DNA of 64,000 bases, from positions 26,149 through 90,148 of the forward strand of contig CAMYUM010000004.1 of assembly GCA_947301965.1 (NCBI GenBank), written 5' to 3'. Positions within the stretch are counted from its first letter, which is position 1. Each line of letters starts with the position of its first letter. The notes under the pieces are model-generated. The model was not told the DNA's origin and did no database searches. It saw nothing but the letters and a program-made list of their open reading frames with translations. This document shows positions 9,612 through 18,053 of this stretch, in pieces. This DNA comes from an uncultured Azospirillum sp. GTDB lineage: Bacteria > Pseudomonadota > Alphaproteobacteria > RF32 > CAG-239. The position numbers were made by a program, and so were the translations under genes.

Positions 9612-9862
9612 TAGCCGACCATCAATAATCCATATTCATCAACAGGCAGCCCCATATCCTCGAGAGGAGAGGTCTGACTGATATATTGCTCATAATCAAC
9701 CCATTCGCCATTATCAACAAAAGCTGATTTTTGCGGCATAAACGTGCCAATCATAACCACGCCGACCAACATACACAACACAGCCTTAATGCGGTTGCGT
9801 TGTTTTTTGCGGGCAACATATAACGGCTTTGCCTCTTGCAACAATTTTGAAATATCGTCCAT
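9611..9862 (-). CDS. Small single-pass membrane protein, first gene of the ECF sigma operon
   Basis: 83 aa with one TM (AVLCMLVGVVMIGTF). Its stop overlaps the sigma start codon by 1 nt (TAATG). No recognisable anti-sigma zinc motif. Confidence 0.55.
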   Translation of the reverse strand: MDDISKLLQEAKPLYVARKKQRNRIKAVLCMLVGVVMIGTFMPQKSAFVDNGEWVDYEQYISQTSPLEDMGLPVDEYGLLMVG

Positions 9863-10028
9863 TTTAACCTCCTTACACCAGCTAAAACGAAAAACCTGAC
9901 GACAGGGTTCATTTTTTTATAAAACATTTAAAAATTAAGGCTTTATTATAAAAATTTCAATAAAAATATGTTTAATTGTTGCGAGATTTAAAAAAACATT
10001 TTATATTTTAGGGGAAAAAGGAACCGCA

Positions 10029-10700
10029 ATGTCGCTTGAACTCAGACCTAACGAATATGTCAAAATCGAAGTTCACTTTAGCTATAAAGTGTTCGTTTTT
10101 CCGATGCTTTTGTTTTGCATTGGTTTTTTGATGATGCTGTTTGCTATGAGCGGAGCTGTCAGAGGCATCAACATTTCGTGGATGCACATGATAATCAGTC
10201 TTTCCAGCGTCATCGTCTTTGCCGGCATTTGCTTGTTTATTCCCTATTTTTATAAGAGTCTTGACAACCGCCTCAAAATCTATGCCGTTACCAACCAGAG
10301 GGTATATATTCGCCGTGGTATTATTAATATTCACGAAAAAGACATTCCTTTGGCAAAAATCAACGACGTGCAGATAACCCAAAACCTAGCCCAACGTTTT
10401 TTTGGTGCGGGAGACGTGGTTATTCAGGTTGGCAACGATGAAAGTCGCATTTGTATTGAAGATGTCAACTATCCGCGCCAATTTCGTGATACCATCATCT
10501 CATCAATCTATGATCTCCAGCAAGAAGAAGCCGAGCGCCAAAGAGAATATATGCAGCAACAGCAACCCAATGGTCCTCAAAACAACTATCCGCCATACGG
10601 CGGGCAGGGCGGATATCCGCAAAACGGCTATAACCAGGGAGGCTATAACAACCCTGACGGTTATAACAACAATGGCGGATTTAACCCCAACAATTTCTAG
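10029..10700 (+). CDS. Membrane protein with bacterial PH (bPH_2/YdbT-like) domain and Q/N/G/Y-rich tail
   Basis: Two TM helices, then YAVTNQRVYIRRGIINIHEKDIPLAKINDVQITQNLAQRFFGAGDVVI (bPH_2 pattern). The C-terminal ~50 aa are low complexity. Confidence 0.75.
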   Translation: MSLELRPNEYVKIEVHFSYKVFVFPMLLFCIGFLMMLFAMSGAVRGINISWMHMIISLSSVIVFAGICLFIPYFYKSLDNRLKIYAVTNQRVYIRRGIINIHEKDIPLAKINDVQITQNLAQRFFGAGDVVIQVGNDESRICIEDVNYPRQFRDTIISSIYDLQQEEAERQREYMQQQQPNGPQNNYPPYGGQGGYPQNGYNQGGYNNPDGYNNNGGFNPNNF

Positions 10701-11113
10701 ATTTTTAATATCCAAGCCACAGCATACGTCAAGTCGTCAGTGCTGACTTTTTCTTCAAAGTCTTCTTGGTCGATTATACGGTATTTTTTAGGCTCGTAGT
10801 CGTAGACCAAAAAATTTTGCTCATCTTGGCCCAAAATGATGCAAGATGTTTCCTCATCTTTCAAAATATGCGAGTTTACAACCACCAGATCCGGAAAAAA
10901 CATTGTTCCGGTATCAACGCCGAATATCACATTGCCGTTGCAAGACAGGCCATTATACCTTTTGAGCAATTCGCCAAATTCCGGCGGTATTTCATTAATA
11001 CTCTCTTTGCGCAGTTTTACGTTGGCAATGCTTATTTGCACCGCAGTTACGGGATCATTTTTGCCTACTTCTTCATTTTCATCTAAAATACTGACTAACT
11101 GTTCCAAACTCAT
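10697..11113 (-). CDS. SUKH (SMI1/KNR4)-like putative immunity protein
   Basis: 138 aa. IPPEFGELLKRYNGLSCNG...IILGQDEQNFLVYD resembles SUKH-1 motifs. ATGA overlap with the upstream nuclease-like gene. Confidence 0.5.
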   Translation of the reverse strand: MSLEQLVSILDENEEVGKNDPVTAVQISIANVKLRKESINEIPPEFGELLKRYNGLSCNGNVIFGVDTGTMFFPDLVVVNSHILKDEETSCIILGQDEQNFLVYDYEPKKYRIIDQEDFEEKVSTDDLTYAVAWILKI

Positions 11114-12507
11114 GATAATCTTGCTCCATAATTCTGAGTAACGGGCTGATTAATTTGCATACCTTGATCGGGGTGCAAATCTTTTCGGCAACGATGCTCT
11201 AGGTCAAATTCCTTTCTCTGCTCATCAATAATCACTCCATTAAGGCCAATCATACAAGTCACACCTGGTCCCGGTTCAACGCGCATGATTACGCCGTCAT
11301 CTGTCGGAGGTGTTTTTTCGCCCCATTTTGAAGGTTTATGCACTTGAGAATTACGAAAAGTCGTGTCGTGGTTGTGTGCTTCGCCATGTGTTCCTGCCAA
11401 CATGCGTACATATTTTGAGGCGTCATTTTGTTTTTCTTGCTGCGAAGCCACTGTTCCACAGTCCATAACACACAGATTGTCAACACTGTTCATATAACTG
11501 AAAGGCAATCCCATTTGATCCAACAATTTGGCATCTTTTTTAGCAACAATATGGTGCAGATTGATCGCAGTTTGGTCTTTCCAATCCGGATGATCTTTCA
11601 AATATCTGGTCATGTCGGTATTGCCGCGTTTCATCTCTTGAATGAGGGTATTAACATATCCTTGTTTGGCACCCGGCTGTTTCATCATCAAATCACGAAA
11701 CTCTTTTTCGTTTTTATTAATAAAAGCAATGGTCGCTTTTTGTTTGGCACTGGTGGTAAGTATTTCTCCGCGTTTGTTGCGCAAAACATTGCCTTTTTCA
11801 TCTGTTTGCGGAAAAATCTTGGCATAAGCATATCCGCCGCCAACGTTACAATGTACAGCCAAAAAGTGCTTAAAATCGTTTATATTCATTTCCGGTAACA
11901 CATCCGGCGGAATTCCGGCTTTCGCCATCTCGGAAACAACTTTTTTCTCAATAGCGGCAAACTCCGGCAACTCGCGCATTTTAGACCACAGACTTTTGCC
12001 CAAATCATAATCTTCTGGTTTATGCTGATTTACCGAATATTTATACGGAAAATCAACAATATCTCTATATCTGTTTGAAAAACCCGATCGCGGTCTTTCT
12101 ACCGTACCCGAAAAGGCAATATCAGCAATATCATGCCGAACATCTTTATCCACTTCTTTATACATACCCAACCTAAAATTATACTGCTCCAGGTGCTCGG
12201 CTAGGGCTTTTTCATCCTCGCGGCTAAAAGATGCTCTAAATTTGTTGGTCAGTTCACCAGTTTTGCGTGCAAACTCGCTTTGTTGCACCTCAAAACCTGT
12301 TTTTTGCTGAGATGTATGACCGTCTTCTTTGCGTGATTGAATTTTATCTCGGGCTTGGTCAATTCTGTCGCGAATGTTCTCGCGGGTATACGGCTGTTTG
12401 GCAAAACGTTGTTTCTGGGCATAAGCCGACGGTTGACCGCGTCCGTAGCCGAAACGCATTCCTTTTCTATTTCCGTCGTCAGGTATTTTATAATTATCGT
12501 CTGCCAT
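11110..12507 (-). CDS. Putative polymorphic-toxin-like HNH/EndoVII nuclease (LHH/AHH type C-terminal domain)
   Basis: ATG at 12507 with a GAGGA RBS (the track start at 12522 is TTG). The C-terminal region carries NLHHIVAKKD...NSVDNL...HGEAHNHD. No signal peptide. Confidence 0.5.
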   Translation of the reverse strand: MADDNYKIPDDGNRKGMRFGYGRGQPSAYAQKQRFAKQPYTRENIRDRIDQARDKIQSRKEDGHTSQQKTGFEVQQSEFARKTGELTNKFRASFSREDEKALAEHLEQYNFRLGMYKEVDKDVRHDIADIAFSGTVERPRSGFSNRYRDIVDFPYKYSVNQHKPEDYDLGKSLWSKMRELPEFAAIEKKVVSEMAKAGIPPDVLPEMNINDFKHFLAVHCNVGGGYAYAKIFPQTDEKGNVLRNKRGEILTTSAKQKATIAFINKNEKEFRDLMMKQPGAKQGYVNTLIQEMKRGNTDMTRYLKDHPDWKDQTAINLHHIVAKKDAKLLDQMGLPFSYMNSVDNLCVMDCGTVASQQEKQNDASKYVRMLAGTHGEAHNHDTTFRNSQVHKPSKWGEKTPPTDDGVIMRVEPGPGVTCMIGLNGVIIDEQRKEFDLEHRCRKDLHPDQGMQINQPVTQNYGARLS

Positions 12508-12623
12508 TTTAATAATCCTCAAACTATTATTTTAATTATAACTTATTTTTGTCCAAAATCAACGAAAATTCGGATTAATTATGCCAATTATAAAACATTA
12601 ATGTTTACCAAAATTTTAAACAC

Positions 12624-12657
12624 AAAAAAACACCCCCAAAATCGAGGGTGTTTTTAA
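12624..12657 (-). terminator. Rho-independent terminator
   Basis: caccc-N10-gggtg hairpin flanked by A7 and T5; downstream of the minus-strand gene 12670..13410. Confidence 0.6.
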
Positions 12658-12669
12658 AAATTAGACTTA

Positions 12670-13410
12670 TTATATTTTGTTTACGCTTTTAGTAACCGTC
12701 TCGTCTCTTGGTGCCATAAGTTTCAGGATCAAAACTTGCAGAACGATTACGGCAACAAAATACAACCATAACGGAGTATAAAGGTTGCACAGGCGTAATA
12801 TGGCCATCAAAACCGAGGTTAAGATATAAGCCAATGCGCTCAAACGCATCCCTGCCGGATAATCAAGATTGACTTTGCAAACCTTTGCTAATGCAACAGC
12901 AAATATTGCATAAAAAGCAGTCAAAGCCACATACAAAATAAACAGAAAGATCAAAGCCAAAAATCCGATTAACCATCCTGCATATACGGAAATCTGTCTG
13001 AACAAACCGGTATAATCGTCTTTGGGCAAATCTACAGAGCCTTCAAAGTTCTTAATTCTGGTTTGATCTTGGTTTACAAAATAAACGGCTTTTCTCGAAA
13101 TATATATACCGTCTCTCAAACCGGCGGTGTCAATTACATCAAGTGTCGTATCCAAAATAATCGGGAACCTGCTCAACTCTTCAGCATCGAGTTTAACTGC
13201 TTTTACGGTATCTTTCGGCTCAACAATAACGCCGTTTTCTACCTTGATAGGCAACAACTGGTCAGCTACATTTTGCAATGTAGGTGTAGCATAATATCCC
13301 ACCGTTTTTACGCTGATGCCCAGTACAATTGCGACAATAATCGCATATAAGAACAGCCATCTTGCACCGATGCCGCGCCCGAATTTAATGTAATTGATAA
13401 TGTTTTTCAT
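12670..13410 (-). CDS. Multi-pass membrane protein of unknown function (DUF1189-like architecture)
   Basis: N-terminal TM, a ~110-aa soluble loop, then 3-4 C-terminal TMs. No catalytic motif recognised. Confidence 0.6.
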   Translation of the reverse strand: MKNIINYIKFGRGIGARWLFLYAIIVAIVLGISVKTVGYYATPTLQNVADQLLPIKVENGVIVEPKDTVKAVKLDAEELSRFPIILDTTLDVIDTAGLRDGIYISRKAVYFVNQDQTRIKNFEGSVDLPKDDYTGLFRQISVYAGWLIGFLALIFLFILYVALTAFYAIFAVALAKVCKVNLDYPAGMRLSALAYILTSVLMAILRLCNLYTPLWLYFVAVIVLQVLILKLMAPRDETVTKSVNKI

Positions 13411-13491
13411 TTATGTTCTCCCAATAACAAAACTATGCAAAATATATTATATGTTTTGCATTTTGTAAATATCATAAAAACAAAAATCTTG

Positions 13492-14406
13492 TTATTGATG
13501 ATTAGATAAGCGTGTCCTTATCATTTGCGGGGTAACTTGCAAAGTATCATGCAAATTATCGCTTAGTTCGTTATCTATTTTATCCAACTTTGCAATTCTT
13601 GGTGCCAAAATTTCGGCCACGTCAGGATTAAGACAGCCCTTTTCGTACAATATATAACAAGTCCGTTCGTCAATCATGCAACTGGTCGGGACAAATACCG
13701 ACATTTTACCATAATGTTGACCAGACCTTCCTCTACTGTCATTTTCGGGCAAACTCCACTGACTAGACTGCCCACATCTTTGTACTTTTTTGCCTCGTTC
13801 TTCCGAAATCACAAATATATGTCCTGAGGGCGCATCTTTACCTTTGCCATGGTCCTGAACAACCACGGTTCCTTCCGGTAAATATGGCAATACGCTGTAG
13901 TCGCATTTTATTTCGGTGAACTTATCCGGCATATTACGTAAGTACGCCGCTGCCATATAAGCATGTTTACCACAATTATCAATATTAATACCGGAGCTGC
14001 GCAAAATGGACTTAACTCCGGCCAGACAGTGGCGTTCATCTTTATTAGTTCTATTTGTCGCCGCTTTGGCAGCAATCCGATCGCTGGTCTCACTGCCCGA
14101 AATTCCGCTCGCCATTTCGGCATTCCACTCAACATTTTTCAAGTCAAACATTTCCATAGTATTGAGCCCCATGGCCGCCGCTGCGGCTGCAGCTCTAATG
14201 CCTAGATTTTCTTCGGGAGTAAATTCAATATTGTTTTCCGGAGCCGGAGCAATCATTTCTTTGTTGTCTTGCTTAGGATCTTGCTCGGGAGTATTTGGTT
14301 GAGCCTTTGCGGTTTGCATATTCAAAACAACAGTCGCAGTCAGCGCAGCGGCTTTTATTTTAGCACGCAACTCATCAATTTTACGCTTTGTGGCCTGCTT
14401 AGTCAT
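13492..14406 (-). CDS. Secreted protein with putative papain-fold (CHAP/NlpC-P60-like) Cys-His domain
   Basis: ATG at 14406 preceded by AGGAG. Basic n-region plus AAALTATVVL...AKA signal. Candidate catalytic Cys (ERHCLAGVKSIL) and His (PSGHIFVISE). Confidence 0.4.
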   Translation of the reverse strand: MTKQATKRKIDELRAKIKAAALTATVVLNMQTAKAQPNTPEQDPKQDNKEMIAPAPENNIEFTPEENLGIRAAAAAAAMGLNTMEMFDLKNVEWNAEMASGISGSETSDRIAAKAATNRTNKDERHCLAGVKSILRSSGINIDNCGKHAYMAAAYLRNMPDKFTEIKCDYSVLPYLPEGTVVVQDHGKGKDAPSGHIFVISEERGKKVQRCGQSSQWSLPENDSRGRSGQHYGKMSVFVPTSCMIDERTCYILYEKGCLNPDVAEILAPRIAKLDKIDNELSDNLHDTLQVTPQMIRTRLSNHQ

Positions 14407-14443
14407 TTTTTGGCTCCTGTTGACCATTGTCTATTTTGTCTAA

Positions 14444-14471
14444 ATTATACCACATTCACACTATTATGCAA
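14444..14471 (-). promoter_or_regulatory. Sigma-70-type promoter for 13492..14406
   Basis: The minus strand reads TTGCAT-N16-TATAAT with TGg immediately upstream of the -10 (extended -10), ~35 nt upstream of the ATG. Confidence 0.5.
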
Positions 14472-14514
14472 CATTTTTCCTAAAAAATCGTATATATATA
14501 TATTTAAAAGAATT

Positions 14515-14544
14515 CATCCCCGATTTCAGATGAAAACGGGGATG
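14515..14544 (-). terminator. Possible terminator hairpin
   Basis: catccccg-N14-cggggatg 8-bp stem downstream of the minus-strand gene 14561..14986; weak T tract. Confidence 0.35.
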
Positions 14545-14560
14545 AACGATACTTTAAAGC

Positions 14561-14986
14561 TTAAGTTCTGCGACGATCAAGACAGGCTCCAATGGCCAGG
14601 GCTATAATGGACCCGATGATGATCGCAAAAGCAGGAAAAGCATACCAGGCAGTTATCATGGGAAGCTCGACACCAAAAAGATGAAGTGCCACCCAATCCA
14701 CCATGAGCTCGGTAACGAGCGCGGCCGCAAAGCCGAAGGCTGCAAACGCCATGACCTTGGGCAACTTTTCGGAAGTCTTGCCGCAGATCATGACGCACAT
14801 GACGACACAACCCACAACGTACACCACACAGAACAGTCCGGTGAAGAGGGCGTCAAAGACGAGACTTTTCACCCAGAATTCTCCGATAAGCGATCCGAAA
14901 ATGGCGCCGAACATGCCAATCAACGTGGCCAGAGCTGCCTTTTCCTCAGTGGACTTCTTGGCGAAGCTTTTAAAAATCTTACACAT
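14561..14986 (-). CDS. Small 4-TM membrane protein, compositionally atypical (G+C-rich)
   Basis: 141 aa, four hydrophobic helices. This is the only stretch where four long ORFs coexist in different frames and strands, as expected for locally high G+C. Confidence 0.55.
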   Translation of the reverse strand: MCKIFKSFAKKSTEEKAALATLIGMFGAIFGSLIGEFWVKSLVFDALFTGLFCVVYVVGCVVMCVMICGKTSEKLPKVMAFAAFGFAAALVTELMVDWVALHLFGVELPMITAWYAFPAFAIIIGSIIALAIGACLDRRRT

Positions 14987-15050
14987 GTTTTTTGAAAAGA
15001 TTTAAAAAATTAAACAAAGCTTACCCAATCCGGCGAACACGTCGCAGATT

Positions 15051-15090
15051 ATAATAATAAGCTGAAAAATAAAATATCAGTTATTATTAT
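15051..15090 (-). terminator. AT-rich hairpin downstream of the usher-like gene
   Basis: ataataataagctga-N11-tcagttattattat imperfect inverted repeat; no clear T-run. Confidence 0.3.
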
Positions 15091-15116
15091 ACTACAAAAT
15101 TGCCACTTAATCAATA

Positions 15117-18053
15117 CTAAAGCGTAACCACTTCTCCCAAAGTCTCACTCAACAGTTGTTTCAGTCGTTCGATTCTTTTGCTTAAGTCTGTGTCTTCTTC
15201 TTCCTCCTCATCTGATACCGTATATTCTTCGGCAAGTTTGTTATTGATAACTTCAAATTCTGCTAATTCCTCTTCTTCCTCCTCCTCATCATCGAAGTTA
15301 CCTTCGCTTTCGTCATAAAAATCAAGATCATCTTCTTCAATAATTTCTTCATCATCAGTTGTAGCCTCAAACACGACTTCTTCCTTCAGATATTCCGGAA
15401 TTTCGCTTTCAGCAACATCAAGTTCCATTGTGTCGAGCAAAATTTCACCTTCAAGATAGATTGAAATATCATCAACCTTAATATCTTTCTTTTCTGCTAA
15501 AATGTGATTGTCTTTACTGATTACGATTTTATAAGTTCCGTACGGCAAATCGTCCAAAATAAACATACCCGACGTATCGGCAAAAGTTCTGCCGATTTCG
15601 TTATCATTAGCATCAATAGCCGCAATCATATAGCCGAACATCATATTGTCATACGGGTTAAACAGTTGTCCTTCAACCGCACCTTTATGAACAAACGGCA
15701 TCTCAAGTGTGCGTATTGTTCCCGGTCTCAACACCAGTTTATATTCGTCATTCAAAGCCTGCAAAGCAATATCCGGCAACGTCTCGGGGTTAACGCGAAT
15801 ATTGGTTTTTTCATACGTTTGCAAATCCGAGAGCAGGGCGTTACCGTTTTCATCGGTATAAACCTCTTTTTCCAAGCCGTTAGCATCAACCCCCACGCCT
15901 TCTAGCGGTTGGCCATATTCATCTTTTACATTAACATACAAACTTCCCGTATCACCAAAGCGTGAGTTTCCGGTATAAAGAATACCCGCTGCTCCCGGTT
16001 CTTTGGCCAAACTGACGTTATAGGTCAAATAGGTGCTAAAGTTGAGGTCACGGTCCGTAGTCATTGACAGACTGAGGCCGCCAAAATCAAAAACTTTACT
16101 GCCTGACAACGACAAATAATCCATATCGGTCTGCAAGTCGTGCGTATATTCACCCGAAATATACGTTCGTCTTCCGGTTCTCCAATCGCCGCGGATTTTG
16201 ATTTCTTTGAATTCACTGTCCGGTTTAACATTATAGGTCAACCACGCCTCTGTGGTGAACGCACCCCACCACTTATACGCACCAAACCTCAAATCATCTG
16301 AAACTCCATCTTTGCGGTGAGTATTGAAATAGCTGTTTTCAAGAGTGAGGTTTACACCTTGCCCGACTTGTTTTGACAACCTTCCGAACAACTCGTCAAA
16401 GTGATAATTGCTGTTTTCGTACCGACCGTTTCTCCAGCTCAAATAGTATGGCACGCTATACGGCAACATACCGCTCAATCGCATTTCATAACTGTTTTTA
16501 ATAAAATCTCCGCCCACTTCCGATATTGGCGAATGTATGCCGTTATAATCATCAATTGCGGCATACAAAGTACCGATTCTCACATCGCCCTGGGCCTCGA
16601 TGTGATGACCGATTTTGTCATTGTCAAAGTTTCGTTCAAGATTATATTGCAATGACAAACCATCGATTGCATATTGCAAACCGGTCATGCCGAAGTTTTG
16701 TGTAATCAGTTTTTGTACATCTGGTGTTTCGGTATAACCGCCCATCAATGTCAAGTTGTCGCTCAAACCATAATATCCGACCAAATCGATTACCGACTTG
16801 TCGGTCTTGCGTTCATATGCAAACGGCTCATTGACTTCAACAATATATCTGTCGGGCTGATATGCCGCAAAAGTATATCCGAACTCACCTTGTTTTACCG
16901 GGCTTGTACCTGAATAGTAGCGTTTTTCTTCAGTCCTGATTTCACCATAAGGCCCGTAGAACACCAACTTAAACGTGTTCAAGCCGTATGACACAGGAAT
17001 ATTCGGAAAACTGTATTGTCCTTCTTTACCATTTTGACGATAGCCGAGCAATTGGTCGTTCCAATACAACTCAACCTGCCAACCGTCCTGCAACGGTCCG
17101 GTAATATCAATGGTTTTATCTGCAGATGTTACAAAGTTTTTGAAACTGCTTGCGCTGACACCGCGTCCGCTTGCCGAACTTGCAAAATATGAGTTTCCGA
17201 CACTTGATAAATCACCGACCTCAATTTTTTTCATATTGAGCGGATTTTTCGGATCATTAATAAACTCCTTGCTGGCACTAATTCGCATTTTAGGTTTGTG
17301 ATCATCATATGAATCGCCGTAAATATAGGCATTTACGTCCATGCCCCCGGTCAATCCGGCCAAATTCAACGAATAAGAGTCGGTGTTTACGGTTTTTCCG
17401 CTCTTATAGTGTGCCCAACCTTTTCCGATGGTTATATCTGCTACCGGCGTACCAAACAACCGATCATCAAAGCTATAGTTCTTAAAACTCTCGATTTCTT
17501 GGTGATAAATCCCTTTTGATCGACGTTTTTTAGCTATTTTTTGCTTTGTGGTCGGGAACTCGTACGGGCTGTCAAATTTGATCTGCATTGCCAAAGGTTC
17601 AACTTCGACCTCAATATTCATAATCCTTTTCAAAAAGTCGTCTGAAACAAACAATTCATTTTCAAAATATTTGAAATCACTGCCCTGCAAAGGTTCTTCT
17701 TTGCCGTCAACATTGATAGTTTTGTTTGCCAAATCAACGACCACATTTTCGGGATTATTGTTCCAATAACACTTAATTTCGCTGCCGTCCTTTTCATACG
17801 CAAAACCGAGCCATGTGGCTACTTGAGAGATAGAAACATACAGTTTTGAGTTGATTTCGTAGGCATAAGCATAGTCCGTTTCATAAAAATTCTGAATGAC
17901 AGGTTCCAAAATCAACGGACTGTCATCATCAAAATTTTGCGCAGACGCCAAATCCGTCGTAGGCCATACGCCCACGACGCCGAGAAAGATCAGAATAAGC
18001 CCTAGTTTAGAACTGCAGGTCCTTTCTGAGGATTTCTTTCTTCGTCTTAGCAT
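15117..18053 (-). CDS. Putative outer-membrane usher-like assembly protein with hyper-acidic C-terminal tail
   Basis: 978 aa with a signal peptide, beta-rich (Y/G/S/T/N), and a carboxypeptidase-regulatory-like segment (YGTYKIVISKD). Sits directly downstream of the PapD-like chaperone and next to the pilin genes. Confidence 0.5.
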   Translation of the reverse strand: MLRRRKKSSERTCSSKLGLILIFLGVVGVWPTTDLASAQNFDDDSPLILEPVIQNFYETDYAYAYEINSKLYVSISQVATWLGFAYEKDGSEIKCYWNNNPENVVVDLANKTINVDGKEEPLQGSDFKYFENELFVSDDFLKRIMNIEVEVEPLAMQIKFDSPYEFPTTKQKIAKKRRSKGIYHQEIESFKNYSFDDRLFGTPVADITIGKGWAHYKSGKTVNTDSYSLNLAGLTGGMDVNAYIYGDSYDDHKPKMRISASKEFINDPKNPLNMKKIEVGDLSSVGNSYFASSASGRGVSASSFKNFVTSADKTIDITGPLQDGWQVELYWNDQLLGYRQNGKEGQYSFPNIPVSYGLNTFKLVFYGPYGEIRTEEKRYYSGTSPVKQGEFGYTFAAYQPDRYIVEVNEPFAYERKTDKSVIDLVGYYGLSDNLTLMGGYTETPDVQKLITQNFGMTGLQYAIDGLSLQYNLERNFDNDKIGHHIEAQGDVRIGTLYAAIDDYNGIHSPISEVGGDFIKNSYEMRLSGMLPYSVPYYLSWRNGRYENSNYHFDELFGRLSKQVGQGVNLTLENSYFNTHRKDGVSDDLRFGAYKWWGAFTTEAWLTYNVKPDSEFKEIKIRGDWRTGRRTYISGEYTHDLQTDMDYLSLSGSKVFDFGGLSLSMTTDRDLNFSTYLTYNVSLAKEPGAAGILYTGNSRFGDTGSLYVNVKDEYGQPLEGVGVDANGLEKEVYTDENGNALLSDLQTYEKTNIRVNPETLPDIALQALNDEYKLVLRPGTIRTLEMPFVHKGAVEGQLFNPYDNMMFGYMIAAIDANDNEIGRTFADTSGMFILDDLPYGTYKIVISKDNHILAEKKDIKVDDISIYLEGEILLDTMELDVAESEIPEYLKEEVVFEATTDDEEIIEEDDLDFYDESEGNFDDEEEEEEELAEFEVINNKLAEEYTVSDEEEEEDTDLSKRIERLKQLLSETLGEVVTL

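Noticed and set aside
14491-14503. (TA)6.5 dinucleotide repeat, a possible phase-variation tract
   Set aside because: It lies upstream of the predicted -35 element (14466-14471) rather than in the promoter spacer or the coding sequence. It is short and the region is generally AT-rich. An UP-element-like tract is more likely than a slippage switch.
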